Shown: positions 1 to 13,826 of the stretch, one piece after another
Position numbering within the stretch: the first letter of the stretch is position 1
Layout: each line of letters begins with the position of its first letter
NCBI GenBank assembly: GCA_032718475.1
Contig: JAUCBJ010006441.1
Coordinates: forward strand, 31,380 to 95,379
Length of the DNA stretch: 64,000 nt
From: Nemertoderma westbladi
Lineage: Eukaryota > Animalia > Xenacoelomorpha
Reading direction: 5' to 3'
Made by a program: the position numbers and the translations under genes
The notes under the pieces: model-generated
What the model saw: only the letters and a program-made list of their open reading frames with translations
Databases searched by the model: none
Told to the model about the DNA's origin: nothing

Positions 1-1765
1 CTCTCTCGGATGTTACAGACCGACCGGAGGCGACCCAAGGGCTCCCCTCTCTCGGATGTTACAGACCGACCGACCAGAGGCAACCCAAGGGCTCCCCTCT
101 CTCGGATGTTACAGGCCGACCGGAGGCAACCCAAGGGCTCCCCTTTCTCGGATGTTACAGACCCAGCGGAGGCAACCCAAGGGCTCCCCACTCTCGGATG
201 TTAGAGACTCACGGGAGGCAACCCAAGGGCTCCCTTCTCTCGGATGTTATAGACTCACCGGAGGCAACCCAAGGGCTCCCCTCTCTCGGACGTTACAGAC
301 CGAGCGGGGCAACCCAAGGGCTCCCCTCTCTCGGATGTTACAGACCGACCGGAGGCGACCCAAGGGCTCCCCTCTCTCGGATGTTACAGACCGACCAGAG
401 GCAACCCAAGGGCTCCCCTCTCTCGGATGTTACAGGCCGACCGGAGGCAACCCAAGGGCTCCCCTCTCTCAGATGTTACAGAACGATCGGAGGCAACCCA
501 AGGGCTCCCCTCTCTTGGATGTTTCAGACCGACCGGAGGCAACCCAAGGGCTCCCCTCTCTCGGATGTTACAGACCTACCGGAGGCAACCCAAGGGCTCC
601 CCTTTCTCGGATGTTACAGATTCACCGGAGGCAACCCAAGGGCTCCCCTTTCTCGGATGTTACAGATTCACCGGAGGCAACCCAAGGGCTCCACTCTCTC
701 GGATGTTACAGACCGACCGGAGGCAACCCAAGGGCTCCCCTCTCTCGGATGTTACAGACCGACCAGAGGCAACCCAAGGGCTCCTCTCTCTCGGATGTTA
801 CAGGCCGTCCGGAGGCAACCCAAGGGCTCCCCTCTCTCGGATGTTACAGAACGATCGGAGGCAACCCAAGGGCTCCCCTCTCTTGGATGTTACAGACCGA
901 CCGGAGGCAACCCAAGGGCTCCCCTCTTTCGGATGTTAAATACTCACTGGAGGCAACCCAAGGGCTCCCCTCTCTCGGATGTTACTGACCTACTGGAGGC
1001 AACCCAAGGGCTCCCCTTTCTCGGATGTTACAGATTCACCGGAGGAAACCCAAGGGCTCCCATTTCTCGGATGTTACAGATTTACCGGAGGCAAACCAAG
1101 GGCTCCCCTCTCTCGGATGTTACAGACCCACCGGAGGCAACCCAAGGGCTCCCCTCTCTTGGATGTTACAGACCGACCGGAGGCAACCCAAGGGCTCCCC
1201 TCTCTCGGATGTTACAGATTCACTGGAGGCAACCCAATAGCTCCCCTCTCTCGGATGTTACAGACCTACCGGAGGCAACCCAAGGGCTCCCCTTTCTCGG
1301 ATGTTACAGATTCACCGGAGGCAACCCAAGGGCTCGCCTTTTTCGGATGTTACAGATTCACCGGAGGCAACCCAAGGGCTCCCCTCTCTCGGATGTTACA
1401 GACCCACCGGAGGCAACCCAAGGGCTCCCCTCTCTCGAATGTTACAGACCGACCGGCGGCAACCCAGGGGCTCCCATCTCTCGGATGATACAGACTCACC
1501 GGAGGCAACCCAAGAGCTCCCCTCTCTCAGATGTTACAGAACCACCGGATGCAACCCAAGGGCTCCCCTCTCTCGGATGTTTCAGACCGACCGGAGGAAA
1601 CCCAAGTGCTCCTCTCTCTCGGATGTTACAGACCCACCGGAGGCAACCCAAAGGGCTCCCCTTTTTCGTATGTTACAGATTCACCGGAGGCAACCCAAGG
1701 GCTCCACTCTCTTGGACGTTACAGACCGACCGGAGGCAACCCAAAGGGCTCCCCTTTCTCGTATG
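1..1765. repeat. 46-bp GC-rich tandem satellite, array 1 (runs off the window start)
   Basis: Unit ggatgttacagaccgaccggaggcaacccaagggctcccctctctc, about 38 copies with point variants. The long ORFs over it arise from a stop-free unit. Confidence 0.97.
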
Positions 1766-2738
1766 TACGCGCACGAACGCAAGGTGGTTATCGTGAGTCC
1801 AACTTATTTTGTTCCAGTTGTATAGCCGTGCGTGTTTGGACAGTTCGTAATAACGTTACGGACTCGTAACGTTATCGGCTTTAAGTTTGTTGATTTCAAT
1901 CAGAAGCTAATCTCCAACGAGCAATTTCACAGTAAACCAAATGCATTAGTTACATATCTCAAATTTGTAAAATGTAATAATCATTAGTTTGATTTTTATT
2001 GGATTTGTAATTAATCACTAATTGAGCACTTTATTTCCGACACTTACTTGTTATGGTGTTCCAGAACGACAATTCGGGTCTGTTTCCTAACTCAAAGCGG
2101 GAGCAAGTGACAACAGGGGTGAAACACGCTTACCATTGCTTTGTTCAGGCTAATGGACAAGACAAGTGCAAGGGTTTACGTCCTACTCACTGACCGGGTT
2201 TGGCGGTTCTTTGTGTTGTCCGGGTCCCTCTTCTAGATATCTCGGAACATCTCGGAATCTAATCTCGGAGAGTTAGATAAGATAGGCAACCATCCCGGAA
2301 AACATAATATCGTTGAGTAACACATAACACTTAATATATTACTCTTTGCCCTACATGCATTGCAATGCACTACAAGTACATGCAATCTTAGTGCATTTGT
2401 ACAAATAATTATGCTCAATTAGTTAATAGTTAATTATTTTAGTCCTCTTAAAACCTAACTAAACATTATCAGACTCTACAAATAATAACAGGGTATTCTA
2501 ACCTACGCGCATCGCATATACGCTCGTACAGATTGGTAGAATGACAGATTAATTAAAAGGTCATTCAGAGACGATATTATGACTAAAATGGGCCGGAGTA
2601 TCGTGAGGCACAACAATGCAACAAGCATATTATCCCTTGTGGTAGTAGCAAGGTGATAATTGGCTGGCTACACATGCGGTATAACGTGGAGATATTGTGA
2701 CAAGAAGGGCGGGAATGTACATTAATCCCATAAATGCC

Positions 2739-3348
2739 TTGTGGGGTGAGACACGTAGTCGGCGAGCCTTGGCATACGGTTCATATAGGGCAAATGGGGC
2801 ATGTCCGTCTGTCTGTCCGTCCGTCTGTCTGGTAAATGTTTGAACGCGAATTTCTCGGCATCGCTCGTTCGGAATTGAACCAAACTTAGTAGGTAAGTAG
2901 TAGAGAGAAAGTTTAGAAAGTTTGTAAAGTTTGGTGAAAAATCATGCAGTCTGACGTCAGCTACGACAGATTATGTGGTTTTTAGAAAATGTTAAATTTC
3001 TCGGGAAGGCCTCATTTTCCTGAGCTGAAATTTTGGTGGCCTGTAGAGAATCATGAAGTCTATCTTTTACGAAATTGAAAAGTTAAGACATTTAATTGGG
3101 GATCCGCTAGAGACTCTGAAGTAATGACATAGGCCTACCGGTACGGTACTGCTGTACAGTGCTGCACTGGTAAGTACGAAATTGCAGAATAACAATTTGA
3201 CACCACCTAGCGGATTAACATATGATTGTATATCGAATGAATACATTTATAGCATGGGATATTGGGTCCAAACTAGACATACCCCATTTGCTCTATATGA
3301 ACCGTATGCCAAGGCTTGCCGACTACGTGCTGCGCGAAGTCCCCACGA
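2739..3348 (+). mobile_element. Non-autonomous DINE-1/Helentron-like (or MITE-like) element
   Basis: ~55-bp subterminal inverted repeats (2752-2806 vs 3276-3329) and a (GTCY)n microsatellite at ~2803-2831. Termini ttgtgggg...gctgcgcgaagtccccac resemble those of the element at 6834-8118. Confidence 0.55.
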
Positions 3349-4349
3349 ACGTGTCATATCACGCACTAACCGGCCTCCTAATGTATTACATGGGTTGTTG
3401 TCCATTGTAATGTGTTTGCTTATGGTGGAAGCACTCTCTACCGAGTAAAATACCAATTCGCCGTGATGGACCACCGATTGTCTCGATATAGCTCAACATT
3501 GGCAATGGTTATTACACGAGTGACTTCACACGGCCTCAAAAGGGTATGCGATATATTCAAAAATATATTTAAAATATATTTTACAAAAATAGTTAATATA
3601 GAGTATACTCCTTTTCAAATAACTGCGAACAAGGGTAATAACGACTAAATAATGTAAATCACTCAATTTCTAATCAAAATATATATACATATTTACACTA
3701 AATCATTACTTGTTAGCATAATTCGTAAAGCAACTCTTAGTCTCAGTCTTTAAGAAGTTCTAATTTTAGTCAGGTGTACAACGATGTTTCTTTCTATGAG
3801 TCCTTTTCTTATCGTCAATATCAGGATTAGATTTACTGATAGAAACTTTTCCTTTGGTCTTAGCCTCTAATTGTTGTTTATTCCCCTTAAGATCCAAAGT
3901 GTCTTTAAGTCTAGGGTGCTTAACAACTATCATGTCACTGTCATTAGTATCAGTCTTATTATCATTGTCAAGATTTGTACTGATATGAAATCTTTTAGTT
4001 GCAGCGGAGGTAGATGATTGATCTTGTTGGAATACCGTCGTCTACGTCTCTTAATAATTCTACTTTCCAAATAACAGATCGAGTTCAAATACTTTCGTCC
4101 AGGATTTCGGAAGTTCCCCGCGTAGATATTACAATAATAGCTTACAGCCTTCGTCCAATGAAATAATGTTTGAGTATCACGGAATGACTGGGAAACTGTT
4201 TGTACAATTTAAATCCTCTTTGTAAGTCATTGAATATCTTGCTTAGAAGAAATTGACAATATTGAGTATGAAACAATTTGTCATAAGTTCAGTATGGACT
4301 TTTACCCATTATCTATGTTTGTAAATCACTACGCATTCGTCATTAATTA

Positions 4350-6011
4350 TAGGGATGTCCCGGAATTCCGTTAAATTATTATTAACATTTGTATATTTCT
4401 TTAAACATTATTACCAATTACTGTAGTTTAAGATACTTTTCAACACTTGTAAAAAAGTATAGAAATAAAGTTTTCTTCGACCGTTAGAGCTAACATTTAA
4501 GGATGAAAGGCATAGATGCCACATGATTAGCCCCTCCAAACCATTCGTGCTGAATCGAAAACTGCCTTGGCTCACATGCTGGGATCGAACCCACGACCTC
4601 CAGATAGATTGGAAATCAATGCAACCACTATACGTACGTATACACCAAGGTGGAATCTAACTAACCTATGTAACGAGGGAAAATTCACAGCCACCCTGTT
4701 TAGTTTATTAAAGTGAATTCAGTCTTGATGGGTATTTGTAACACATTTCCAAAAACATTTCACCTGGTAATCAAACTAAAATGGTCCCACCATATGTTAC
4801 ACCACCTACTATAGTATTCATATACAATTCACAATAACCATCGTAATTTACATTAACTAATGAAATGCATCAATAGGCCCGTGCCCCAGTGGTCAGAATG
4901 TCAAAATGAAGGCCTCCTTGCTCCATTGGTAACACAAGTCATAAATCATTTAATAGAAAATATAAGATGCGTGTCTCACATTTACTGCATATTTATACCC
5001 AAAGTAACCAATCACAGGCCTCTTGCCGGATATATCACATGAGTCATATGTCATAAGATGGAACATGGGGTATAATCACTTTCGACTCATAGGACGTACA
5101 CTTAACGATTTACCAGTGGAGACGCCCCCATTGAAACCAATGTGTTCCAATGTGTTTTTTAGATTGATCTTACACTATTTTACATTGATTTTATATTATT
5201 TTACTTTGAATTATTAATTATGATAATATTATGATTGGTATAGTCCAACGTAGCATAAAGGATGACCCCTAAAGATTGACAGCTTATTTCCATGGGGGTC
5301 CTTTATGTTACTTGGTTACAAATATAATATTACACAATTACAATAAATTACTACTCTAACCTAAAACTAATATAAAACGTTATTACAATACGTACAGGTC
5401 CTGCGAGTGGTCGTTAGTTCAGTCCTGCGACGTAGGTGCTGCATAATATAGTAGTTTAATTTCTATTTACAGCAAATCCATTTCTTACCATAAATCTATT
5501 TATTCCCAGCAATAATTAAACTGTAACATGTACTATTTATTGGCCTCGTTTATTGTTTTGGTTCGAATAACATGTCACTGTAACCTGCTCCTTTCCCTTA
5601 AAGACACCAGGTTATTGCACCAAAGGACCTAATGACGCGAATAACGCTAATTATGCTAATAACCTAACGTTTGGCCAAAGTTATAGATTTTAGGAAAAAA
5701 TTGTATTGAATTCCCTGTCGTTCAATGCCGAAGTACCATCCCGTCCCCATAAGGGCCCAGGCCATTCTCCACTCCTCCCACCTTAATTCCCCCCAAGGTT
5801 CTGATTCATCTCATTATCAAACTTAACTTTAGAAATTAATAAAATTCATTTGTTTCACAAAAAATTGTAAAGTTTCATGGGTCATTTAGTGTATTTCACT
5901 AATTATAGAAAATTCCGGTTCCGGCCGGAATTCCGGCCGGAATATTCCGGCATGTTGAATTCCGGTTCCGGTTCCGGCCGGAATCAAAATATCGATTCCG
6001 GGACATCCCTA
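4350..6011. mobile_element. Non-autonomous hAT DNA transposon
   Basis: 17-bp TIRs tagggatgtcccggaat / attccgggacatcccta, perfect 8-bp TSD attaatta (4342-4349 and 6012-6019), and subterminal ttccgg repeats at 5910-6000. No transposase ORF. Confidence 0.88.
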
Positions 6012-6833
6012 ATTAATTAGGGGTTCATTAATTTTGAGTCCCAAAGTTTTATGCTCCACACCTTTGGGTGGACTTTGGTATAATCGGATGGTCAGCGCTA
6101 AACAGTTTAACTTTAATCCCTCTACTTACTCGATTAGTATGAGTTTGCATAGATCGTCACTTACAGTTCGCGTTCAATGGAGTGTATCGTTACCATTGAC
6201 TTTGAGTGTAAAGGAATTCGTCAAACGTCAGCGATCCGAACGTCATCATCGTCATCATCATCATCATCGTCATCAACGATATCCCGTCAATCGAGTAGAT
6301 AAGTCACCCGAGTAGATTCGTTGAGAATCGGTAGAACCAAACATTTACGTAGAATTCCAGACGATTAGTATATCAGTTAGAAATCTTTAAGCGTTAATCT
6401 CAATCGTTAAATCCCGGGAGTTCTTGTTGGATACATGATCATCTCCTCCGGTAGATAAGATAACAGCTGGTAGATTCATCGGTAGATAGGCGGTTGATAA
6501 GTCGGAAGGATAGGATCGGAAGGATAGTCGGAAGGATAGGAAATGTTTCTTCCAAGAGTTCATATTCCAACGATCGCCGTCTTCTAGGGTAAATGATCCA
6601 TATCTTTAGTTTCCCCGACGAATAATTCTGCAAAAGTTAATTGAAGAAAGTAGCCGCCGTACCAAATAGTTAGGTACTAGTCAGGTGGAGAGTAGAACTA
6701 CCCAACCTGAAATGACGCTTACATAACCTGAACGCTACTGTAAACATTCATAGTTAGTATAATGTTTCAAGTCTTTATTTCACGGTATAATTAACATACA
6801 TACAGTCATACACGAAGTGGGGCCTTCGCGCAG

Positions 6834-8118
6834 CACGTGACTTAAATTTAATTTAAGTACTAATTCGAAAGTATTACTGTATTAACAAATTTTAAGCAGA
6901 TTTCGCCTAATCACTTTTTACCTCTTTCATTTCTATTCAGACATTTCTGACTCTAGCGGTATAGTGAGAACTGAAGATGGACTAGGGTCTCCAGCCCCGC
7001 AAAGACACAGCCTATGGATGAATAGTACATACGTACATCGGCCAAGTTTCATCTTGAATAACGGATAACGAAATGAGAGACGGATCTCACTTTCAGAAAT
7101 TTCGTCGTATAGCGGCAGACCGATTAAATCTCCCCCCCCCCCCCCCCCCCCCCCCCCACAAAGACGCAGCATGTGGTCCAGAATATATGGCAAGATTCAG
7201 CTTAAACTGATTAAAATCAATGAGACGGGAGAATCTATTCACTTTCAGGCATAAAGTAGTCCTATAGCGGGTGACTGTTGAACTGATTTTCAACAAAACA
7301 AATTTTCAACTTGGCAGCTTTAAATTCGACAAAGTTATAAGCATGTCAATATCATAACGACGACAACGATTTCACTTTCAGACATTTAGCCCTCTAGCGG
7401 CAGACTGGAGAACTGCAGATGGATTCGCCTCCTTTGAAAGTCACAGCTAATGGTCTAATACATATCTGCCAAGTTTCAGCTTAAACGGATTAAAAGCAAA
7501 GAAATGGGAGGGCATTTAATGTTTAGACATGTGGCCCTCTAGCGGGAGACCATTGCACTGATGGTGTCTGAAAGTCTCTCAAAAATCTCAACTTTAGCTC
7601 ATATTGATACCTACAAATTTTCAACTTGGCAGCTTTAAATCCGACAAAGTTATTAGCATGTCAAAATCGTAACGACGACAACGATTTCACTTTCAGACCT
7701 TTGGCCCTCTAGCGGCAGACTGGAGAACTGCAGATGGATTCGCCTCCTTTGAAAGTCACAGCTAATGGTCTAATACATATCTGCCAAGTTTCAGCTTAAA
7801 CAGATTAAAAGCAAAGAAATGGGAGGGCATTTAATGTTTAGACATGTGGCCCTCTAGCGGGAGACCATTGCACTGATGGTGTCTGAAAGTCTCTCAAAAA
7901 TCTCAACTTTTGCTCATATTGATACCTACAAATTTTCAACTTGGCAGCTTTAAATCCGACAAAGTTATTAGCATGTCAAAATCGTAACGACGACAACGAC
8001 GACGACGACGACGACGACAACGACGACGACGACGACGACAACTATTTGCATAAATTGACCCACCCCCTAACAGTGTCAATTCGCTAAGGCTCCGCCAACT
8101 TCGTGGCTCGCCCCACAA
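6834..8118 (-). mobile_element. DINE/Helentron-like non-autonomous element with internal 315-bp tandem repeats
   Basis: Termini are reverse-complement relatives of those at 2739-3348. (ACG)n microsatellite at ~7987-8040. aattttcaacttggcagc recurs at ~7302, 7617 and 7932 (period 315). Confidence 0.55.
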
Positions 8119-9711
8119 ACTGTTATTTTAATTCAATGAATTAAGCTTGAATTACCGGTATGCTAATTATATTTGTCATTAATTTTAATTCCTTTTAAAG
8201 GACGCTCATCCTTTAGTTTAAGAGTTATATCAAACATATATATATTGTTGCATAGCAATGGTCTCCATGACAACAATGTATACATGTTAATCTGTAAACA
8301 TATTACTGAATAATTACCGTGATAAATGCTCAATAAATAACTATTCTCAACATTTACAAATTATTATTTATTTTGGTTAGCTTAACGGTAAGTGAGAATT
8401 AGTATAGAGTAATATTACATACACTCAGATCTGGATTGTCACTTGGTTCCAATTATAATGACCATATATATTAATGCAAATAATTTAGATGCATTAATTT
8501 ATATTGTTCTAATTATCATTCTAGTACACACATCAAGTGCATAGTGACGGAACAGTGTATACAGCTCCATATTTGTTATGATAATTTTATTGAATACCTA
8601 TGTTCGTTTTAATCATAAATTTAACATCACACATGATGCATATAGATCAGTAAATAGTGTACCACAGAGTCGTCATACATACCGTATAGTCTACCTGCCA
8701 ACTCCCGAAAATTAAGTTTAGATGGCATTTTTTGTTAATGGTTGGCATCCACCTGATTTTAGTACTTCAAGACATGGCGAATCCGGCTAGGCCGGATGCC
8801 GCCTCTGCATTTTTGATTTAATGCCTTTTTTTGGGCTTCATTTTTTTTTTGCTCAAAAATGGGTTTTTTCGATTTTAGGATACAAGTTCATGGTGAATGT
8901 TAGTAAATCTCGACTCTTAACCAGTGTGTTTGTTGAAAGTTAATCAAAATGCATCAATGTTGTCCTGAAACAGTTATAAACACTTTGGTGAAGAAAAAAA
9001 TTTCCGAAATTCCCTTCCATTCTTCCAAACTGGACCTAGTTACCGCCTTAGCAACAGATTTATGAAATTTAATTTAATAATTGCTTTCTCTCACCTGTCC
9101 TTTTCCTGATAAAATCAACAAACTGTTTTTAAAATTAAAAAACCCATCACACAACTTAAATAACATCCAGGGTATTATAATATCAAATAGCATCCAATGT
9201 CGCAGACACGAGCCCATTATTTGGACCTGAGTAATTTTCAGAAGTATCAAAATATTAAGTTTAAGTAGAGAATTCGCGTACCTTTACTCAAATATTTGCT
9301 CCCATATTTGTAATTATTTAAAAATATCTCTACAGCTAAGTAGCATGTTGATACTTCCCGTCATATTGTACACATTCCGGTGAAATTTATACAGTCCAGG
9401 TTACCATAGCAACAGACCAAATAAGAAAATTTAATAAGAATTTAATTTACAGGTAACTATAATGCAGTTTTCCTCAGTTTATACCTTTCCAGAGTTTTGG
9501 GAGATTAAATGTGAAACACGTCGCATAGCTATAACCTTCGACTGTTAATCAACATCCTGTTGTGTCTTTGGGAAATAATTGTTTAATACAAATATGAATT
9601 TTGAAGTATCTCTGGCGTTTATCGATCGAGAACTACAGTTAATAATCCGTACCGTTACCTCCAATTTATCTATTTAAGAAATTTGATCATAGGCATTTAA
9701 ACTATGAATCC

Positions 9712-12680
9712 TTATTCGATCTCTGTTATATTAATTTGTCCAATGGGATTGCAGCATCCTGTCCTTTCACAATTGCATGCCGGAAGGCAGACTTGTCCAA
9801 GTTTATAACAACTGCATCGAGCAGTGCTACACTTCAGTTTACAACTACAATAAACAAGCTCCACACAAGCTTTCGGGACTGGCTGCAGTCGAATCCAAGT
9901 AATCTTCATTACTCCAGATGCCATCTTCCAACCACCACATAATAAATGGTCTTCCGAAGCCGAGTTGGTGTTCAGTGGTCAGGTGTAACATTTCCAAACC
10001 TTTACCCTTTGTAAATAAGCGGAGTCTTATAGAATCGATATCGGTTGTAGGTTCTAGGTGCAGGTACTCTCACCAGATGGTGAAACTGAGTTTTTCTCAA
10101 TCCTGGCTGGCGTACTGCAAGGTGACACATTAGCACCATTACTATTTGTAATTGTGCTGGATTATGCAATGAGGACGGCCACAAAGGGTGAAGATCTGGG
10201 ATTCACACTTCAAGAACGCAGAAGTAGTAGATATCCGGCAACTACAGTCCCAGACACCGACTTCGCGGATGACATCGCCCTGCTCTCTAATACGCTAGCA
10301 GATGCACAGCTTCTACTAAATAAAGTGGAGAGGGCTGCTAAGGAGGTTGGATTGCATATAAATGCTACCAAGACCGAATTCATGACCTTTAATGTTGATG
10401 GAAACTTGACAACCATTGATAATAATCAACTAAGGAAGGTCGATGACTTCCAGTACCTTGGTTCATGGATAGAGAGTAGCAAAAAGGACATAGAAGTTAG
10501 GAAAGCAAAGGCTTGTGTAGCTCTATCAAAAATGGATACCATCTGGAAATCAGATCTCTCCAGGCACCTGAAGACTAAGTTCTTTCGAGCCACAGTGGAA
10601 AGTGTATTTTTATACGGGGGTGAGACCTGGACACTGACTAAATCACTTGAACAACGAATTGATGGTTGCTACACAAGACTACTAAGGGCAGCCCTAAACA
10701 TCAGCTGGAGACAACACATGACAAACGCCGAGCTTTATGGTACAATACCACCTGTATCAACCACCCTCCATGAACGCAGATTAAGATTCAGTGGGCACTG
10801 CTGGCGAAGTAAAGACGAGGTCATACCAGATCTACTTCTCTGGCAACCAACTCATGGAAAGCGTAGTCGTGGACGACCTGCCATAACATATATAGATCAA
10901 CTTGAAAGGGATACTGAACTTGGGAGAAACGAAATTGCGACAACTATGGAGAATCGGGAAGCCTGGAAGGATCTCATTTCCACTGTCCGAGTTCGCTCGA
11001 CCTAGTAGTAGTAGTAGTATCGGTTCTAGGTTCACATAGTACTCCTTCTCCACCATACATCAGACATGTGAACTTCTCTTCTTGTTTTCTAACCATTGTC
11101 CAATATTAAAGTCAGTTCCAGACAAATGAAATGTGAAATGAAATTGAAGTGAAATTGTTTCAGGACATTCTCATTTAGCTTTCGTCGCAAGTTTATATTA
11201 GGAAATAAATTTGATTCATCAGCGGTTTCTGCAGCATTTTCTCTTTTTGCCAAGCCATTAGTTGCGTGCTGTGGAAAGTATTTTTCCCATCTATTGTTGC
11301 TTCCAATACATCAATGTTGTCACAACTGTAGTGAATAAATGGTCATTTCACAATATTACTGGGTATGTAGATGTTACCATTTGCTTCATATTTATCCAGA
11401 ATTGAGTTGGCAATTGCATTGTCAAAACGTCTTATAGTATCAATACCAACAATGTGATTGGCGGCATGAAATAAATTTACCAATTGCTCTGACCTTTGTT
11501 GCTTGATGTAATGCCAGACCTAGACCAATGTGTTTCGGAGTTAGTTTAGTTCTATTGGAAACACCGTATATGATATCTTGAGCGATGCTACTAATAGCAT
11601 GATTTCTAGTGTTATGACTACTGGAACATTCCAAGGCATCTTCGAAACCAAAGAGAAGGGAAAGAAACATACTTAGACTGCGTGGAATAATTTTATCAAC
11701 ATGATCTTGGTTTATACGAATCCAATAGCTGTTGTGACCAGCTGTTGCTAATAAATCATTTCGTAGCATGTTTACAACGTGTACCATTTCTTTTAATACA
11801 ATATTATCATTTACAGGTTCTGCATCTGCAACCGCTTGATTCGACGTAATGTCTGTCAACGCAGCAGAAAGTAATAAATCAGATGTATTACTAGGGCATA
11901 TCAAGATACATTTATGTGGGTGTAATGGGCGCATAAATCTAGCTTTGCTTCCAATGATTGCTTTAATATCTTCGTAAAAAGATTGTCTTCTAGATACATA
12001 CTTCTGAGGGACAGCGACAGCATTATCGCCTAGCAAATCCAAATACTGTTCCCAGACATTTCCCATATCTATAATTTGTTGTCGTCCTAGTTCTATCTCT
12101 ATATTATTGCATAAAGTTTTCAAAATGGATGTATAATCTATCTCACTACTACACATCTCCTTCAGAACTCCACGCTCAAATTGAACAAAACATTTAAGAT
12201 GATATTTGCCTCCTACAGAGATAAGGTCATTAATATTAGAAAACCTTAAAATCAAATCAGGGACATGTTTATGATATTTCAGAATCTGATGAGACTTTTC
12301 TATTGTTTCAATATTATGAAGTTTTTGCTTATTAATCAGTTGGCAAAATATACATCTTTCCCAAGATACTGGTGATGAGCTTGTTTGATGTCTTGTTTGA
12401 ATGTCTCTTTGTATCTGAAGTTTGACATTTTCGTTATGTTGAAATTTACATTGTAAACGTTTTAATTTTTCAGAAGATGTAAAGCTGCTATAACATGACT
12501 TATGGTATTTTAGAGCAATAGTGGCCCAATCTTCTTCAGTCAGACTTTGTATATAATCAATGGGCTCTATATTAGAAATATCTTGAAATACCAACCTTTT
12601 TTGTGCTGACACCTTTAATTTTAACTTTCCGTCAACTGAAGCAATTCTTAATGGCTCATCTTTATTTGCTGTAATTTCTA
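9712..12680 (-). pseudogene. AcademX transposase remnants (N-terminal region and C-terminal Cys8/CXC finger; most of the DDE/XPG core missing)
   Basis: ORF 11440-12759 has WERCIFCQ, KYHLKC and PKHIGLGLALHQAT, with a frameshifted continuation DNIDVLEATIDGK. ORF 9712-9924 has CSCKLKCSTARCSCYKLGQVCLPACNC. Confidence 0.75.
10050..11017 (+). mobile_element. 5'-truncated RTE-clade LINE, family 1 (RT C-terminal part)
   Basis: ORF 10058-11005 has GVLQGDTLAP, FADD and FQYLGS. 3' tail is (TAG)n. Probable TSD tatcggtt(g/c)tagg at 10039 and 11018. Confidence 0.92.
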
Positions 12681-12812
12681 CTGTAGACGGTGACACAGAA
12701 CCATTTGAAGTGTTATGGGGCGTCCTCCAGGGAGACGCACTTGCACCATTCTTGTTCATAATTGTTGTTGACTATGTTCTAAGCATGTCCTTAGATCATC
12801 ATAATGGTGATA
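12679..12812 (+). mobile_element. Internal fragment (~130 bp) of RTE family 2 within the Academ element
   Basis: Near-identical to 33298-33430 (ggtgacacagaaccatttgaagtgttatggggc...). No tail. Confidence 0.85.
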
Positions 12813-13826
12813 ATGGTTGGCTTCAATCTGGGAATTTACATAGTTTAAACACCTATGATCAAATTTCTTAAATAGATAAATTGGAGGTAACGGTACGGAT
12901 TATTAACTGTAGTTCTCGATCGATAAACGCCAGAGATACTTCAAAATTCATATTTGTATTAAACAATTATTTCTCAAAGACACAACAGGATGTTGATTAA
13001 CAGTCGAAGGTTATAGCTATGCGACGTGTTTCACATTTAATCTCCCAAAACTCTGGAAAGGTATAAACTGAGGAAAACTGCATTATAGTTACCTGTAAAA
13101 TAAATTCTTATTAAATTGTCTTATTTGGTCTGTTGCTATGGTAACCTGGACTGTAAATGTCACCCGAATGTGTACAATATGACGGGAAGTATCAACATGC
13201 TACTTAGCTGTAGAGATATTTTTAAATAATTACAAATACGGGAGCAAATATTTGAGTAAAGGTACGCGAATTCTCTACTTAAACTTAATATTTTGATACT
13301 TCTGAAAATTACTCAGGTCCAAATAATGGGCTCGTGTCTGCGACATTGGATGCTATTTGATATTATAATACCCTTGATGTGTTCCCAGGATGTTATTTAA
13401 GTTGTGTGATGGGTTTTTTAATTTTAAAAACAGTTTGTTGATTTTATCAGGAAAAGGACAGGTGAGAGAAAGCAATTATTAAATTAAATTTCATAAATCT
13501 GTTGCTAAGGCGGTAACTAGGGCCAGTTTGAAAGAATGTAAGGGAATTTCGGAAATTTTTTTCTTCACCAAAGTGTTTATAACTGTTTCAGGACAACATT
13601 GATGCATTTTGATTAACTTTCAATAAACACACTGGTTATGAGACGAGATTTACTAACATTCACCATGAACTTGTATCCTAAAATCGAAAAAACCCATTTT
13701 TGAGCAAAAAACTTTGAAGCCCAAAAAAAGGCATTAAATCAAAAATCTAGAGGTGGCATCCAGCCTAGCCTGATTCGCCATGTCTTGGAGTACAAAAATC
13801 AGGTGGATGCCAACCATTAACAAAAT

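Noticed and set aside
1-1765. CRISPR-like appearance of the regular repeat
   Set aside because: No unique spacers, no cas genes, and a eukaryotic transposon context.
10-1869. Long overlapping ORFs in all three plus frames (also at 44725-46198)
   Set aside because: A 46-bp stop-free unit cycles through all frames, so these are satellite artefacts.
4575-4630. Minus-strand B-box-like tRNA/SINE remnant inside the hAT element
   Set aside because: Too short and degenerate to delimit or classify.
11440-12759. 439-aa ORF as an intact gene
   Set aside because: Its N-terminus is antisense RTE sequence and its C-terminus is frameshifted, so it is a chimeric Academ remnant.
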